Position numbers and translations under genes: made by a program. Under the pieces are notes generated by a model. The model ran no database searches. It had not been told where the DNA came from and was given only the letters and a program-made list of their open reading frames with translations. Positions 1 through 10,309 of a DNA stretch of 64,000 nt are shown here, piece after piece. This DNA comes from Alphaproteobacteria bacterium (GTDB taxonomy: Bacteria; Pseudomonadota; Alphaproteobacteria; JAAXGF01), in the NCBI GenBank assembly GCA_963555825.3, contig CAUVXB020000002.1, forward strand, positions 3,488,001 to 3,552,000. The letters are read 5' to 3'. How positions within the stretch are numbered: position 1 is the first letter of the stretch; every line of letters begins with the position of its first letter.

Positions 1-323
1 CCGCACTGCATGACCCGCGCGATCCCGGCGGCATCGTTCCGGTCGCTCTTGTTGATCTGCATCGACAGCGCCGCCTTGGCATGACGCGCATCGATGCAGA
101 TCACCGGCAAGCCGAGCGCCCTGAGCTCATGCCACAGCCAGGTCGTCGTCGGACCGGTCTCCAGACCGATGCGCTTTGCGTGCGGCGCCGTTGTCCTGAT
201 ATACGCCGCGATTGCCGCCGGCTCCGAGATCACCACGCCCTCGGACACGATCTCGCCGTTGTCATCGACCACGCAGATCGAGGTCTCCTTGAGCGATACA
301 TCCATTCCAACATACAGTTCCAT
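1..323 (-). CDS. IS110-family transposase, N-terminal part (runs off window)
   Basis: Minus strand from ATG 323 reads MELYVGMDVSLKETSICVVD...GLETGP...LPVICIDARHAKAALSMQINKSDRNDAAGIA, the DEDD domain of IS110. Not in the ORF track because it is truncated by the window edge. Confidence 0.9.
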   Translation of the reverse strand, partial: MELYVGMDVSLKETSICVVDDNGEIVSEGVVISEPAAIAAYIRTTAPHAKRIGLETGPTTTWLWHELRALGLPVICIDARHAKAALSMQINKSDRNDAAGIARVMQC

Positions 324-415
324 AGCTGCTCTCCTGCTCTTTCAGTGTGCTCGCCCGGCCCATGCCGGTCGTTGCTACATTAAGGAGAGCAGTGCCCGAT
401 CCCCGAGTTACGCCA

Positions 416-572
416 TGTGTAAAAACCGCCCCCGAGCGCTATCGGCACGATTTTCTCTGAATTCTCGAATTTCTAAACTCAACAAAATCAATATCTTATC
501 AGAGGACACCTTCGAAGAATTGACCGAACACTCTCCTGTTAGTGGGATTTGCCGGCGTTTTTACACAGCCTG
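416..572. mobile_element. MITE with IS1182-like termini, left TIR truncated by the IS110 end
   Basis: Close homologue of 61013-61174. Right TIR GTTTTTACACAGCCTG is intact; left TIR lacks its first 5 bp (CAGGC). Followed by AGCC. Confidence 0.85.
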
Positions 573-768
573 AGCCACAAGCCGACATTCGAGTCTCGCC
601 GTTAGACCCGGCAATGCGGCATGCCAATGCCGGCAAAACCGCGGCAATGGTCGTAGAGGCTCGGCTTCGCGATCACCAGCACGAAATCATCGAATTCGAT
701 CATGTACGCCCCCGCTTCATCGTTGGCCCCACCATGCCACAAGCCCGCGCCGGCTTCGGCACGCCGGT

Positions 769-1635
769 TCAGGAGGCGCTTCTCACCAGGGGGAAGGTCT
801 TGCAAGTGATCGGCCCGCCGTGGACCAGGTTCTCGCCGCGCTGCGAGGGGTCCGAGCTCTGGGGCATGTCGTTGTAGGTGACGTCGTCGCCCGCCCAGTT
901 GGTCGAGAGCGCGGCGCGGCGGCGGTCGAGGCTGTTGCCCGGCGCGCTGTGAAAGGTGCGCGAGTTCCACACCAGGGTGTCGCCGGGCTCCATTGTGCAG
1001 CTCACGATTTCGGCGTCGGGTTCAGCGTCGAAATCGGGCGGCAGGGGCCGGTCTGTCATGGTGTTGGTGTATTCAAGGCCCGGGCCGAACGGGATGACGC
1101 GATAGACCGTGCCCTCGGCGTGCGAGCCTCTGACGAAGCGCAGGGCCGTCTCGGGCGGAATGGCGTCCAGCGCCGTCCAGCAGTTGATGATCTTGGTGCC
1201 GTTCAGCGGATAGTAGGAATGGTCCTGGTGCCAGGGCGTCGCCGCGCCGGCGCAATGGGCCGATTTCACCAGCAGGAAGTCGTAGTAGAAGTTCAGGCTC
1301 TTGGATTCGAGCAGCGGCCAGAAGAGGTCGGCGGCGTGGGACTCGAAGATGAAGCGCCGGAACGGCTCGACCTCCTTCCACATGACCGAGTCATAGTAGA
1401 AGAACCCCTCGCCCCCCTCGGGCGTTACCTTTCCCGCGCTCGAGCCGTGCAGCGCCATGGCCTGTTCGATGCCACTCTCGATCACGTCGAGCCAGTCGCG
1501 CCCGAAGGCGCCGCGCAAGCAGATCACGCCGTCACGCTTGTAGGCGGCGATAGCCTCGGGCGCCGGCCCGCCCGCGACAGGCAGCTCGAAGCTGGCGACC
1601 TCGCCGACGGCCCGATAGCTGCTCGATGCCGGCAT
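769..1635 (-). CDS. Phytanoyl-CoA dioxygenase (PhyH) family Fe(II)/2-oxoglutarate dioxygenase
   Basis: TPWHQD and FHSAPGN facial-triad motifs, YKRDGVICLRG N-terminus. ATG 1635 follows a GGAGGGG RBS; the ORF-track start at 1887 runs through repeats. Confidence 0.85.
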   Translation of the reverse strand: MPASSSYRAVGEVASFELPVAGGPAPEAIAAYKRDGVICLRGAFGRDWLDVIESGIEQAMALHGSSAGKVTPEGGEGFFYYDSVMWKEVEPFRRFIFESHAADLFWPLLESKSLNFYYDFLLVKSAHCAGAATPWHQDHSYYPLNGTKIINCWTALDAIPPETALRFVRGSHAEGTVYRVIPFGPGLEYTNTMTDRPLPPDFDAEPDAEIVSCTMEPGDTLVWNSRTFHSAPGNSLDRRRAALSTNWAGDDVTYNDMPQSSDPSQRGENLVHGGPITCKTFPLVRSAS

Positions 1636-1860
1636 CGCATCCCCTCCGGACGCTGGCCCGGCCGTGAAGCTGGTACGGGCCGGATCAAGCGGGCTAATCG
1701 TGGCCTTCACGATAGTCATTCTCGACATGGCGAGGCAAATGAACCGACCCCAGGGGCCTCCCAAATATTGTGCCACTGTAGCAAGAACGGCACGTCCATG
1801 GAAGATCGGGCAACTTTGCCGGCTTCTGGCCGCGCTTCGTCGAGCCACGTCGCTTCCGGG

Positions 1861-2007
1861 GTCCGCTTTGTCGCGGGAACCAGACATCGAAGGTCGAGTC
1901 TCCGAACTCCTCGGCGCCAGGGTCCGCCTACGAGCGGGAACCGGACCTCCAAAGCTCAGAATTGAAACTTCACGGCCTCAATGTCAGCTAACCGGCGTGA
2001 ACCAGAC
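1861..2007. repeat. Cluster A of GTC..GAC palindromic sites (three 25-bp units, 61-bp period)
   Basis: Units 1861-1885, 1922-1946 and 1983-2007, all GTC(C/A)GC-N13-CC(A/G)GAC. Confidence 0.8.
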
Positions 2008-2138
2008 CTCCCCGGAGAATCCGGTGACGGTGGAGCATGTCACACCTTCGACCCAAGCCCAAGCGGCCGCGGCCAGGGCGGGGAGCGGGGTAAGCACCCG
2101 AGGAGATGCGCGTCCTGTAACCATCGATCCGTTGCCAG

Positions 2139-2441
2139 CTATTCCCTCTCGACTTGATTCACAAGTCTTTCCAGACCCGTCATCGGACGCGCCTCGCCTC
2201 GATGGCGGCTGTCATAAAATTGAAGGAACCGCAGGAAATCCTCCATTATGCCCTCGGTGTCGAGTGGATCGTCGGTAGCGCGGAAGGCAAACGCCGTGAA
2301 GTTTGCCGCGGCATGACGCAAAGCCGACGCGACAACCATCGGATGAATTCCGGCCTCCAGCTTGTTGTTCGCGAATTCGACGAGTTCGTTCGCTATACCT
2401 CGGCTGACCTCCTCCTGGCCGCTTCTCTCTTCTTCGGCCAT
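2139..2441 (-). CDS. Hypothetical protein (100 aa, helical)
   Basis: GGAGG RBS before ATG and protein-like composition. Confidence 0.75.
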   Translation of the reverse strand: MAEEERSGQEEVSRGIANELVEFANNKLEAGIHPMVVASALRHAAANFTAFAFRATDDPLDTEGIMEDFLRFLQFYDSRHRGEARPMTGLERLVNQVERE

Positions 2442-2576
2442 CGGCTCGACCTCCTATGCCTTGCTGATTGGCCTATCTCCCCCGTTGCTACTGATTGGCC
2501 TGCCAGACAAACTACAAACATTCTCAGGTACGGTAGCACATGGAGCCGCGCGTTTCGCGAATGTCCGCTCGGGGTC

Positions 2577-4260
2577 CAGACTGTGTAAGAACGTTTGCTG
2601 CGTGATCTGTACGGCGCGTCTTTGGCTTCGATGATCCGTCGCGGCGGGTATTCCGGGATTAAGGATTTTCGCCACTCGTGCGGACCTGTCGGCCGGCTGG
2701 CGCCGGTGTGAGCTGCGATTTGGCCGGATATGGGCGCAATTTGCGGCGCAGAGAGGCCTATGCGGTCCTCATCGCCGCGATCAGCGGGTCGATGCCCGTG
2801 ATGTTCATGACGCGCTTGAGATTGTAGGCCAGCACGTGCAGGGCCATCTCGGTCCTCACCCGTTTCAGCGTCTTCGTCTGGAAATGCGTCGCGCCCATCC
2901 AGGACTTGATGGTGCCGAAGGGATGCTCGGCCGTCTCGCGCCGCCGACGCATCGCCTCCGGGTGCTCGTCGAGCCGCCTCTCGACGGCCTCGAGAACATG
3001 CTCGTGCTGCCAGCGGGTGATGCGGCGCTGCTTGGCCGTGGTGCAGCGATGCTTGATGGCGCATCCCTGACAGGCGTTGGTCCAGTAGCGCCGCATGCTC
3101 AGCCCCCTCTCCTGGCTGGTGAAGCGGTAGACCAAACGCTCGCCGGCCGGGCAGCGATAGACATCGTCGGCGGCCAGATAGACGAAGTCCTGTTTGCCGA
3201 AGCGGCCCTTGGCCTTGGCTCCAGAGGTCAGCGGCTTAGGCAATGTGACGGTGATGCCGGCCTCATCGCAGGCCAGAATCTCCTTGCCGTTGTAGTAGCC
3301 GCGATCGGCAACGACATCCAACTCGTCGGTCTCCAGAGCCGCCTTGGTCCGCTTCGCCATGGCTGAGAGCTGGGCGCGGTCGGTGCCCTGATTGGTCACC
3401 TCGTGGGCGACGATCAGGTGGTGCTTGGTGTCGACGGCGGCCTGAACGTTGTAGCCGACCACGCCGGAACCCCGGCCGCTCGTCGCCATCGAGCGGGCAT
3501 CGGGATCGCTCAGAGAGATCTGCTGGTCCGGGCTCGCACGCCGCTCGACTTCAAGCGCCTTCAGGCGCCGCATCTCCTCCTTGAGGATCGCGATCTTGTC
3601 GGCCAGACGAGTCGTCTTGGTCGTGCGCGCCAGCGACGGCTCTTGCCGGTCGGCGCTGTCCAACTGGTCCAGATAGCGCGCAACGCTCTCCTCGATCTGC
3701 GCCACCCGCCGCGCCATCTTGGCCCGCGTGAAGTTCCTGTCCCGGCTGTTGACCGCCTTGAACTTCGAGCCATCGATCGCCACGCTCGCCTCGGCGAACA
3801 GCCCGAGTTGCCGGCACAGCGCGACGAACCGGGCGCAGACCTTGCGGATCGCACGGCCGTTGTCCTTGCGGAAGTCGGCGATCGTCTTGTGATCCGGCGC
3901 CAGCCGGCCGACCAGCCACATCACTTCCACATTGCGCCCGGCCTCCCTCTCGAGCCGACGGCTCGACTGAACCCGGTTGAGATAGCCGTAGATGTAGAGC
4001 TTCAACAAATCGCAAGGATGATAGGCCGGCCTGCCGGTCGCCAGCGGCTCGACCCGGTCGAACCCGAGGCCGCCAAGATCGAGCTCATCGACGAAGACGT
4101 CGATCGCCCGAACCGGGTTGTCGTCGCCGATCCAGTCTTCCAGGCGCTCCGGAAACAACGTGCCCTGGCTGCGATCGACACCCTCGACAAAACGCTTCAT
4201 CAGACCCTCCCGCCAAAGCACGAGAGAATCATAACACCATCGACGTTTTTACACAGTCTG
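2577..4260 (-). mobile_element. IS1182-family insertion sequence, copy 1
   Basis: TIRs CAGACTGTGTAA(G/A)AACGT; 4-bp target duplication GGTC at 2573-2576 and 4261-4264. Confidence 0.92.
2758..4200 (-). CDS. IS1182-family transposase
   Basis: GRPAYHP..LLKLYIYGY..SSRRLERE, PDHKTIADFR, IDGSKFKA, GYNVQ, ADRGY and EHPFGTIK motifs. Confidence 0.93.
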   Translation of the reverse strand: MKRFVEGVDRSQGTLFPERLEDWIGDDNPVRAIDVFVDELDLGGLGFDRVEPLATGRPAYHPCDLLKLYIYGYLNRVQSSRRLEREAGRNVEVMWLVGRLAPDHKTIADFRKDNGRAIRKVCARFVALCRQLGLFAEASVAIDGSKFKAVNSRDRNFTRAKMARRVAQIEESVARYLDQLDSADRQEPSLARTTKTTRLADKIAILKEEMRRLKALEVERRASPDQQISLSDPDARSMATSGRGSGVVGYNVQAAVDTKHHLIVAHEVTNQGTDRAQLSAMAKRTKAALETDELDVVADRGYYNGKEILACDEAGITVTLPKPLTSGAKAKGRFGKQDFVYLAADDVYRCPAGERLVYRFTSQERGLSMRRYWTNACQGCAIKHRCTTAKQRRITRWQHEHVLEAVERRLDEHPEAMRRRRETAEHPFGTIKSWMGATHFQTKTLKRVRTEMALHVLAYNLKRVMNITGIDPLIAAMRTA

Positions 4261-4264
4261 GGTC

Positions 4265-4593
4265 AACAGCAGACGTCCAGCGAGCCCGTCTCCGGCGTCC
4301 GCTTTCGAGCGGTAACCAGACCTAAATCGCGCGACTTCCAGATTTCATGAAACTCGCGTCTGCTTTTGAGCGGAAACCGGACGTCGCAGCGTGGTTCGTC
4401 TAATGTCTGCAATTAGCCGAGGGTGTTGAAGAAGTCGGTTGAGGGTCCAATTTCGTGATTTCCCTGGAACCAACGAAATTTTGATTTCAATGAAATCAAC
4501 GGCTTAGGAAACTCCCGATTTCGAAAATTCGGCCGATTCAGGCTCAAAATCGAATATTCGCGACTTCTTCAACACCCTCAGCCATCAGCAGAC
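4265..4593. repeat. Cluster B of palindromic sites (24-22-25-36-25-22-24 spacing once insertions are removed; begins at 2563)
   Basis: Units 2563-2576+4265-4274, 4297-4321, 4358-4382 and 4405-4418+4584-4593. Homologous to 10619-10776. Confidence 0.8.
4419..4579. mobile_element. 161-bp MITE
   Basis: Perfect 19-bp TIR GAGGGTGTTGAAGAAGTCG, 4-bp duplication AGCC (4415-4418 and 4580-4583), AT-rich non-coding interior. Confidence 0.9.
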
Positions 4594-4721
4594 CTACGAG
4601 TGGGAGCGAGAAGTCGATTAATCCTTGCCCAAGCCGAGCCCATCTGGCGCGGCATGGTCGAGAACTTCATCGGCTTCGAGCTGGCCGAGTACAGTCGCAT
4701 CCACGGCGGCTGACCGGCGCG

Positions 4722-5933
4722 TCAGGAACCCAGGCCAAAGGCGGGGCGCAGGCGCACGCCGATCCAGGTGCCGGCGAGCGCGCAGACGATCCACAGCCAG
4801 CCGTGCAAACTCGTCGAGGCGACGCCCGAGAAGAAGGCACCAATGTTGCAGCCGAAGGCGAGGTGCGCGCCGTAGCCCATCAACAACCCGCCGACAACCG
4901 CCGCGACGAGTGATCGCGGCGCGATGCGGAGCGTCGGCGCGAAGCGCCCGGCGAGCCCAGCGGCGGTCAGCGCGCCGAGGACGATGCCGAGGTTCATCAC
5001 CGAGGTGGTATCCTGGAATATACCGCGCGCCAGCGCCCGGGCGGGGAAGCCGCTGTTCCAGAAGGCACTGGCCGCCGGCTCCCAGCCGAGCGCCTGGGCG
5101 GTCTTGGCGCCCCACAGCGTGAACGCCCAGGTGATCGTCCACGGATGGCCAGCGATGAGCAGTGTCACCCAGTTGAGCAGCGCCAGCAGCCCGGCGCTGA
5201 GCAGCAGCGGCCACGGCCCGTGGAGCAAGCACCGCCAGTCGAGCCCGTCACCCCACAGCGGCCGCTGCGCGGCGCCGCCGGCCCAGCGCCTGAGACCCAG
5301 CCAGAGCGCCGCCAGCACGCTAAACTGGAGCGCCAGCGCGAGCGGCCAGCCGAATTCCTGCGCCAGCGACACGCTGCGCCAGCGCGGCGCGGCGGCCCAC
5401 AGGTCCATGTCGAGGCTGCCCCACAACCCGCCGAAGCAGAAGGCCACCAAGGTGACCACCATGCGCGTGCTGCCGCCGCCGACCGTGTAGAGCGTGCCCG
5501 AGCCACAGCCGCCGCCGAGCTGCATGCCGAGCCCGAACAGCAAGCTGCCGACGGCGACCTGGACGCCGACCGGCGCGACCGCGCCGACCACCCCGTGACC
5601 CAGGACCTGGCCCTGGGCGAGCACCGGCGCGAACAGCAGCATCGCGGCGCCGAGCATCACCACCTGGGCGGCGACGCCCGAAATGTCGCGGTGCGTGATG
5701 GCGTTGCGATAGGCCGCGGTGAAACCGAAGGCGGCGTGATAGAGGCTCATTCCGAGCAGCCCGCCGACGACCAACAGCGCGCCGAGCCTCGGGCTGTCGA
5801 GCCCGAGCGCCAGCGCGCCGCCAAAGAGGACAAAAACGCCGAGCGCAGCGACGCCCCATTGTGATGGTGGTCGCGTCGGATCGGCCGCGGCGCTGGGCAC
5901 ACTTACGCGCCCGCCCCCCGGCTCCCTAACCAA
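4722..5933 (-). CDS. YeeE/YedE family (thiosulfate/sulfur-compound) membrane transporter
   Basis: Multi-TM protein with GMQLGGGCGSGTL and AFGCNIGAFFSG motifs. Start uncertain. Confidence 0.88.
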   Translation of the reverse strand: MVREPGGGRVSVPSAAADPTRPPSQWGVAALGVFVLFGGALALGLDSPRLGALLVVGGLLGMSLYHAAFGFTAAYRNAITHRDISGVAAQVVMLGAAMLLFAPVLAQGQVLGHGVVGAVAPVGVQVAVGSLLFGLGMQLGGGCGSGTLYTVGGGSTRMVVTLVAFCFGGLWGSLDMDLWAAAPRWRSVSLAQEFGWPLALALQFSVLAALWLGLRRWAGGAAQRPLWGDGLDWRCLLHGPWPLLLSAGLLALLNWVTLLIAGHPWTITWAFTLWGAKTAQALGWEPAASAFWNSGFPARALARGIFQDTTSVMNLGIVLGALTAAGLAGRFAPTLRIAPRSLVAAVVGGLLMGYGAHLAFGCNIGAFFSGVASTSLHGWLWIVCALAGTWIGVRLRPAFGLGS

Positions 5934-5954
5934 TTGCTGATCAATCGGCGGCCA

Positions 5955-6419
5955 TTAATCGAGATTGCTCGCCTTGATCAACAGCGGAATGGGAAACGCC
6001 TTGCCGTGGTGAGGCTCGAATTCATTCGCTGCCAAGAAGTACCACTGGTTCGATTTCATGCTGCCCAGTTGACCTGGGAACCTAGGCAGATCCCCGACAT
6101 TGATACCCGCCTCAACCAGCGGCTTGGCATTCACAAAGTCGATCACGTCTTCCGTGGTGCCGGAAGGGTCGATCGCGTAATGGGTCATGTGTCCGCCCTT
6201 GCCGAGACCAGCGTTGAAGCAGTACTCGCCGCTGACGCTCGAAAAGTCGATTGCCGTCTTCGGTCGAGTCTGGAGATGCTTCGCAATGGTGCTCAGTTCC
6301 GCACCGACGACGGCGGCCTGTCTCAGAGCCGCCGCAGCCTTTTCGGCCTCAGTCGCGGCAAATCCTAGATTGGGCAGCCCAATGATGACGACCACTGCCC
6401 CGATAAGAAGCATTTTCAT
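5955..6419 (-). CDS. Secreted hypothetical protein
   Basis: GGAGGG RBS; signal-peptide-like MKMLLIGAVVVIIG...GFA; His-containing motifs GGHMTHY and EPHHG. Confidence 0.75.
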   Translation of the reverse strand: MKMLLIGAVVVIIGLPNLGFAATEAEKAAAALRQAAVVGAELSTIAKHLQTRPKTAIDFSSVSGEYCFNAGLGKGGHMTHYAIDPSGTTEDVIDFVNAKPLVEAGINVGDLPRFPGQLGSMKSNQWYFLAANEFEPHHGKAFPIPLLIKASNLD

Positions 6420-6695
6420 CGTTCTCCCTCCCAATGTTTTAATCAGCCCCAGGGCCTGGCCATGTATTTTGGATACGACACGGCCGGGCCAAGCCGACAA
6501 AAAATCCGCCGCAGCTAAGCTGGGCGGTTATCCGATCGCTTTAGCTGCATTTATAACGCGCCCGCAATCTGATTAGGTCAAATCGGCGCGTAATCGCAAG
6601 CTAGGGCGAGTCCTTACGAGCGTCAAGGGAGCCCGGCGCTGCAAACGCTTCCGACAGCCTTTGGTCTTCATCGCATTCAACACGATGATGCTGTC

Positions 6696-7037
6696 GTGAA
6701 CGACTGCCAGGTTTGGCTCGCCGAGCATTACGCCGTTCTGGACCCGGTCTCGGCGATGATCGAGCGTTCGGGGCTGCCGCCGACGACGTTCGCCCGCCGG
6801 TTCAAGCGCGCGACCGGGTATCGCCCCATGGACTATGTCCACACCTTACGGGTCGAGGAAGCCAAGGAAATGCTCGAGATGAGCGACTGCACCATCGATC
6901 ATGTTGGGCACGAGGTAGGTTACGAGGACCCGTCGTCGTTCCGGCGGCTGTTCAAGCGCAAGGCAGGTTTGACACCCAGCGACTATCGGCGCCGCTTTGG
7001 CAGTCGCCGGTTCGACCAATATGAACTGGTGCATTGA
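6696..7037 (+). pseudogene. AraC/GlxA-type regulator, C-terminal HTH only (N-terminal domain missing)
   Basis: TFARRFKRATG..P..Y....R and VGYEDPSSFRRLFKRKAGLTPSDYR. No sensor domain upstream. Confidence 0.7.
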
Positions 7038-7229
7038 GCTGCCAATTAAAGTTTACCCGTGTTTGCAACAGACTCACGATCTCGGTCGGGATGATCGGGT
7101 CGGGCGGGTATGTGACGTCGAAACCGATTGGACCGACGGGATTCTCGCGGCTGATCAGCGCCGCACTTTCCGAATCGCCCCGCGTGACGCTGAATGTGAA
7201 CTCAAGCGGGTCGGCCGCCGTCGCGGGCG

Positions 7230-7283
7230 CGTGACAGCCCCGCACAAGCAACCGCCCGTCACGGGCATCGTCTTCTCTCCCAT
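7230..7283 (-). pseudogene. N-terminal fragment of a GFA/CENP-V family protein
   Basis: RBS plus MGEKTMPVTGGCLCGAV, after which similarity is lost. Confidence 0.45.
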
Positions 7284-7400
7284 CACGTCCTTCCTGGTTT
7301 TCTTGTTATCGATTTTCGAACGTCATGGTCGCGCTATCAGGTCGGCAAGTCGAGTCCACGGTCGGCCTTTTGCTCCGTGCCCCAATGACCGCTTTGGGTC

Positions 7401-9085
7401 CAGCCTGTGTGAGAACGTTTGCTGCTATTTCTGTGTGGCGCGTCTTTGGGTTTGGATGATCAGTCGGGACGTGTTTTCCGGGATTATGGATTTTCGCCGC
7501 TCGTGCGGGCTTTTCGGCCGGCTGGCGCCGTTGTGAGCCGCGATGTGGCCGGGTATGGGCGTAATTGTCGGCGCAGGGGCGCTATGCCGTCCTGATCGCC
7601 GCGATCAGCGGGTCGATGCCCATGATGTTCATGACGCGCTTGAGATTGTAGGCCAGCACGTGCAAGGCCATCTCGGTCCTCACCCGCTTCAGCGTCTTCA
7701 TCTGGAAGTGCGTCGCGCCCATCCAGGCCTTGAGGGTGCCGAAGGGATGCTCGGCCGTCTCGCGCCGCCGACGCATCGCCTCCGGGTGCTCGTCGAGCCG
7801 CCTCTCGACGGCCTCGAGAATGTGTTCGTGCTGCCAACGGGTGATGCGGTGCTGCTTGGCCGTGGTGCAGCGATGCTTGATGGCGCATCCCTGACAGGCG
7901 TTGGTCCAGTAGCGCCGCATGCTCAGCCCCCTCTCCTGGCTGGTGAAGCGGTAGACCAAACGCTCGCCGGCCGGGCAGCGATAGACATCGTCGGCGGCCA
8001 GATAGACGAAGTCCTGTTTGCCGAAGCGGCCCCTGGCCTTGGCTCCAGAGGTCAGCGGCTTAGGCAACGTGACGGTGATGCCGGCCTGATCGCAGGCCAG
8101 AATCTCCTTGCCGTTGTAGTAGCCGCGATCGGCAACGACATCCAGCTCGTCGGTCTCCAGAGCCGCCTTGGTCTGCTTGGCCATGGCTGAGAGTTGCGCG
8201 CGGTCAGTGCCCTGATTGGTCACCTCGTGGGCGACGATCAGGTGATGCTTGGTGTCGACGGCGGCCTGAACGTTGTAGCCCACCACGCCGGAACCCCGGC
8301 CGCTCGTCGCCATCGAGCGGGCATCGGGATCGCTCAGAGAGACCTGCTGGTCCGGGCTCGCACGCCTCTCGACTTCAAGCGCCTTCAGGCGCCGCATCTC
8401 CTCCTTGAGGATCGCAATCTTGTCGGCCAGACGAGTCGTCTTGGTCGTGCGCGCCAGCGACGGCTCTTGCCGGTCGGCGCTGTCGAGTTGCTGCAGATAG
8501 CGCGCAACGCTCTCCTCGATCTGCGCCACCCGCCGCGCCATCTTGGCCCGCGTGAAGTTCCTGTCCCGGCTGTTGACCGCCTTGAACTTGGCGCCATCGA
8601 TCGCCACGCTCGCCTCGGCAAACAGCCCCAGTTGGCGGCACAGGGCGATGAACTGGGCACAGACCTGGCGGATCGCAGAACCATTGTCCTTGGCCGAAGT
8701 CGGCGATCGTCTTGTGATCCGGCGCCAGCCGGCCGACCAGCCACATCACTTCCACATTGCGCCCGGCCTCCCTCTCGAGCCGACGGCTCGACTGAACCCG
8801 GTTGAGATAGCCGTAGATGTAGAGCTTCAACAAATCGCAAGGATGATAGGCCGGCCGGCCGGTCGCCAGCGGCGCGACCCGGTCGAACCCCAGACCACCA
8901 AGATCGAGCTCATCGACGAAGACGTCGATCGCCCGAACCGGGTTGTCCTCGCCGATCCAGTCTTCCAGGCGCTCGGGAAACAACGTGCCCTGGCTGCGAT
9001 CGACACCCTCCACAAAACGCTTCATCAGACCCTCCCGCCAAAGCACAAGAGAATCATAACACCATCGACGTTTTCACACAGGCTG
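7401..9085 (-). mobile_element. IS1182-family insertion sequence, copy 2
   Basis: TIRs CAGCCTGTGTGA(G/A)AACGT; GGTC duplication at 7397-7400 and 9086-9089. Similar to, but not identical with, copy 1. Confidence 0.92.
7582..9025 (-). pseudogene. IS1182 transposase with +1 frameshift near 8693
   Basis: Split into ORFs 8375-9046 and 7582-8607. TCCTTGGCCGAAG here versus TCCTTGCGGAAG in copy 1. Real mutation or sequencing error. Confidence 0.85.
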
Positions 9086-9166
9086 GGTCACAAGATGCTA
9101 TGAGGCTGAAGGACGCAGCCTCAAGCTCCTTCGATTATTTCAACCTCGATCAGAAGGAGCGACACG

Positions 9167-10300
9167 ATGGCACAGTTTCCGGTATCGACCTCCAATGAAC
9201 ACGCTATTTATGCGGCACTGGAGTTGAGCAAGAACAGCTGGCTTTTGGCGATCCAGGCTCCGGGGCGGGGCAATCCGAGCTTGCATCCGATCAAGGGCGG
9301 CGACGCTGAAGGACTGATGGCCAAGCTGGACGCGGCGCGGGACCGGGTGGTCAAGGTGACGGGTCGAACGCCGACGATAACGCTGTGCTACGAGGCCGGC
9401 TACGACGGCTTCTGGTTGGCGCGGTTCCTCGAGCAGCGCGGCATCGAGTGTCTGGTCATGGAGCCGGCCAGCTTGCGGGTCAACCGCCGGGCGCGGCGGG
9501 TGAAGACCGACCGCATCGATGTCGAGAATATTCTTCATACGCTGATCGCCTGGTGCCGCGGCGAGCGTCATGTCTGCTCCATGGTGGTGATTCCGAGCGT
9601 CGCGGAGGAGGACCTTCGCCGCTCTCATCGGGAACGTGACCGATTGGTCCGCGAGCGAACCGCCCACATCAACCGGATCAAGGGTCTGCTATTCGGTCAG
9701 GGCATTCGCGGCATCAATGTCAAGGCGCGCTACAAGACCTTGACACCGGCGGCGCTGGTCACCGGAGACGGCCGACCCCTGCCGGACCGTCTCGGCCGCG
9801 AGATCGCGCGGGAGATCGCGAGACTGGCCCAGGTCCAAGCGCAGATCGTCGAGGTCGAGCGTGAGCGTGATCAAGCGCCGACACCGTGTGTGGCCACGGA
9901 AAGCAAGCGTCACCAGCTGCTGCGCTTAAAGGGCCTCGGCCCGGCCTTATCCACGACGCTCGCACGGGAAGTCTATTATCGCCAGTTCGCCAATCGCCGA
10001 CAGGTGGCAAGCTATATCGGGATCACGCCCAGTGCCTATGACAGCGGCGACGGGCGCCGCAGCCAAGGCATCTCCAAGGCGGGCAATCGGCTGGCACGGG
10101 TTGCCATGATCGAAGCCGCATGGCTTTGGGTCCGCCATCAACCCGATAGCGCTCTGACCCAGTGGTTCCATGACCGCACCCAAGGTCAGAAGGGGCGCAT
10201 CAGGCGCGTCATGATCGTCGCCCTGGCCCGCAAACTGGCGATCGCGCTTTGGCGGTATCTGGAAACCGGGCTGATCCCGGTGGGTGCTGTCGTCAAATAG
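9167..10300 (+). CDS. IS110-family transposase/recombinase
   Basis: ALELSKNSW, CYEAGYDG, KTDRID and GITPSAYDSG..SQGISKAGN motifs. Confidence 0.93.
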   Translation: MAQFPVSTSNEHAIYAALELSKNSWLLAIQAPGRGNPSLHPIKGGDAEGLMAKLDAARDRVVKVTGRTPTITLCYEAGYDGFWLARFLEQRGIECLVMEPASLRVNRRARRVKTDRIDVENILHTLIAWCRGERHVCSMVVIPSVAEEDLRRSHRERDRLVRERTAHINRIKGLLFGQGIRGINVKARYKTLTPAALVTGDGRPLPDRLGREIAREIARLAQVQAQIVEVERERDQAPTPCVATESKRHQLLRLKGLGPALSTTLAREVYYRQFANRRQVASYIGITPSAYDSGDGRRSQGISKAGNRLARVAMIEAAWLWVRHQPDSALTQWFHDRTQGQKGRIRRVMIVALARKLAIALWRYLETGLIPVGAVVK

Positions 10301-10309
10301 GACTGCGGA

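Noticed and set aside
81-970. Short ORFs 81-383, 94-573, 542-877 and 602-970
   Set aside because: They overlap the IS110 antisense strand, the MITE or the PhyH gene, and show no coding evidence.
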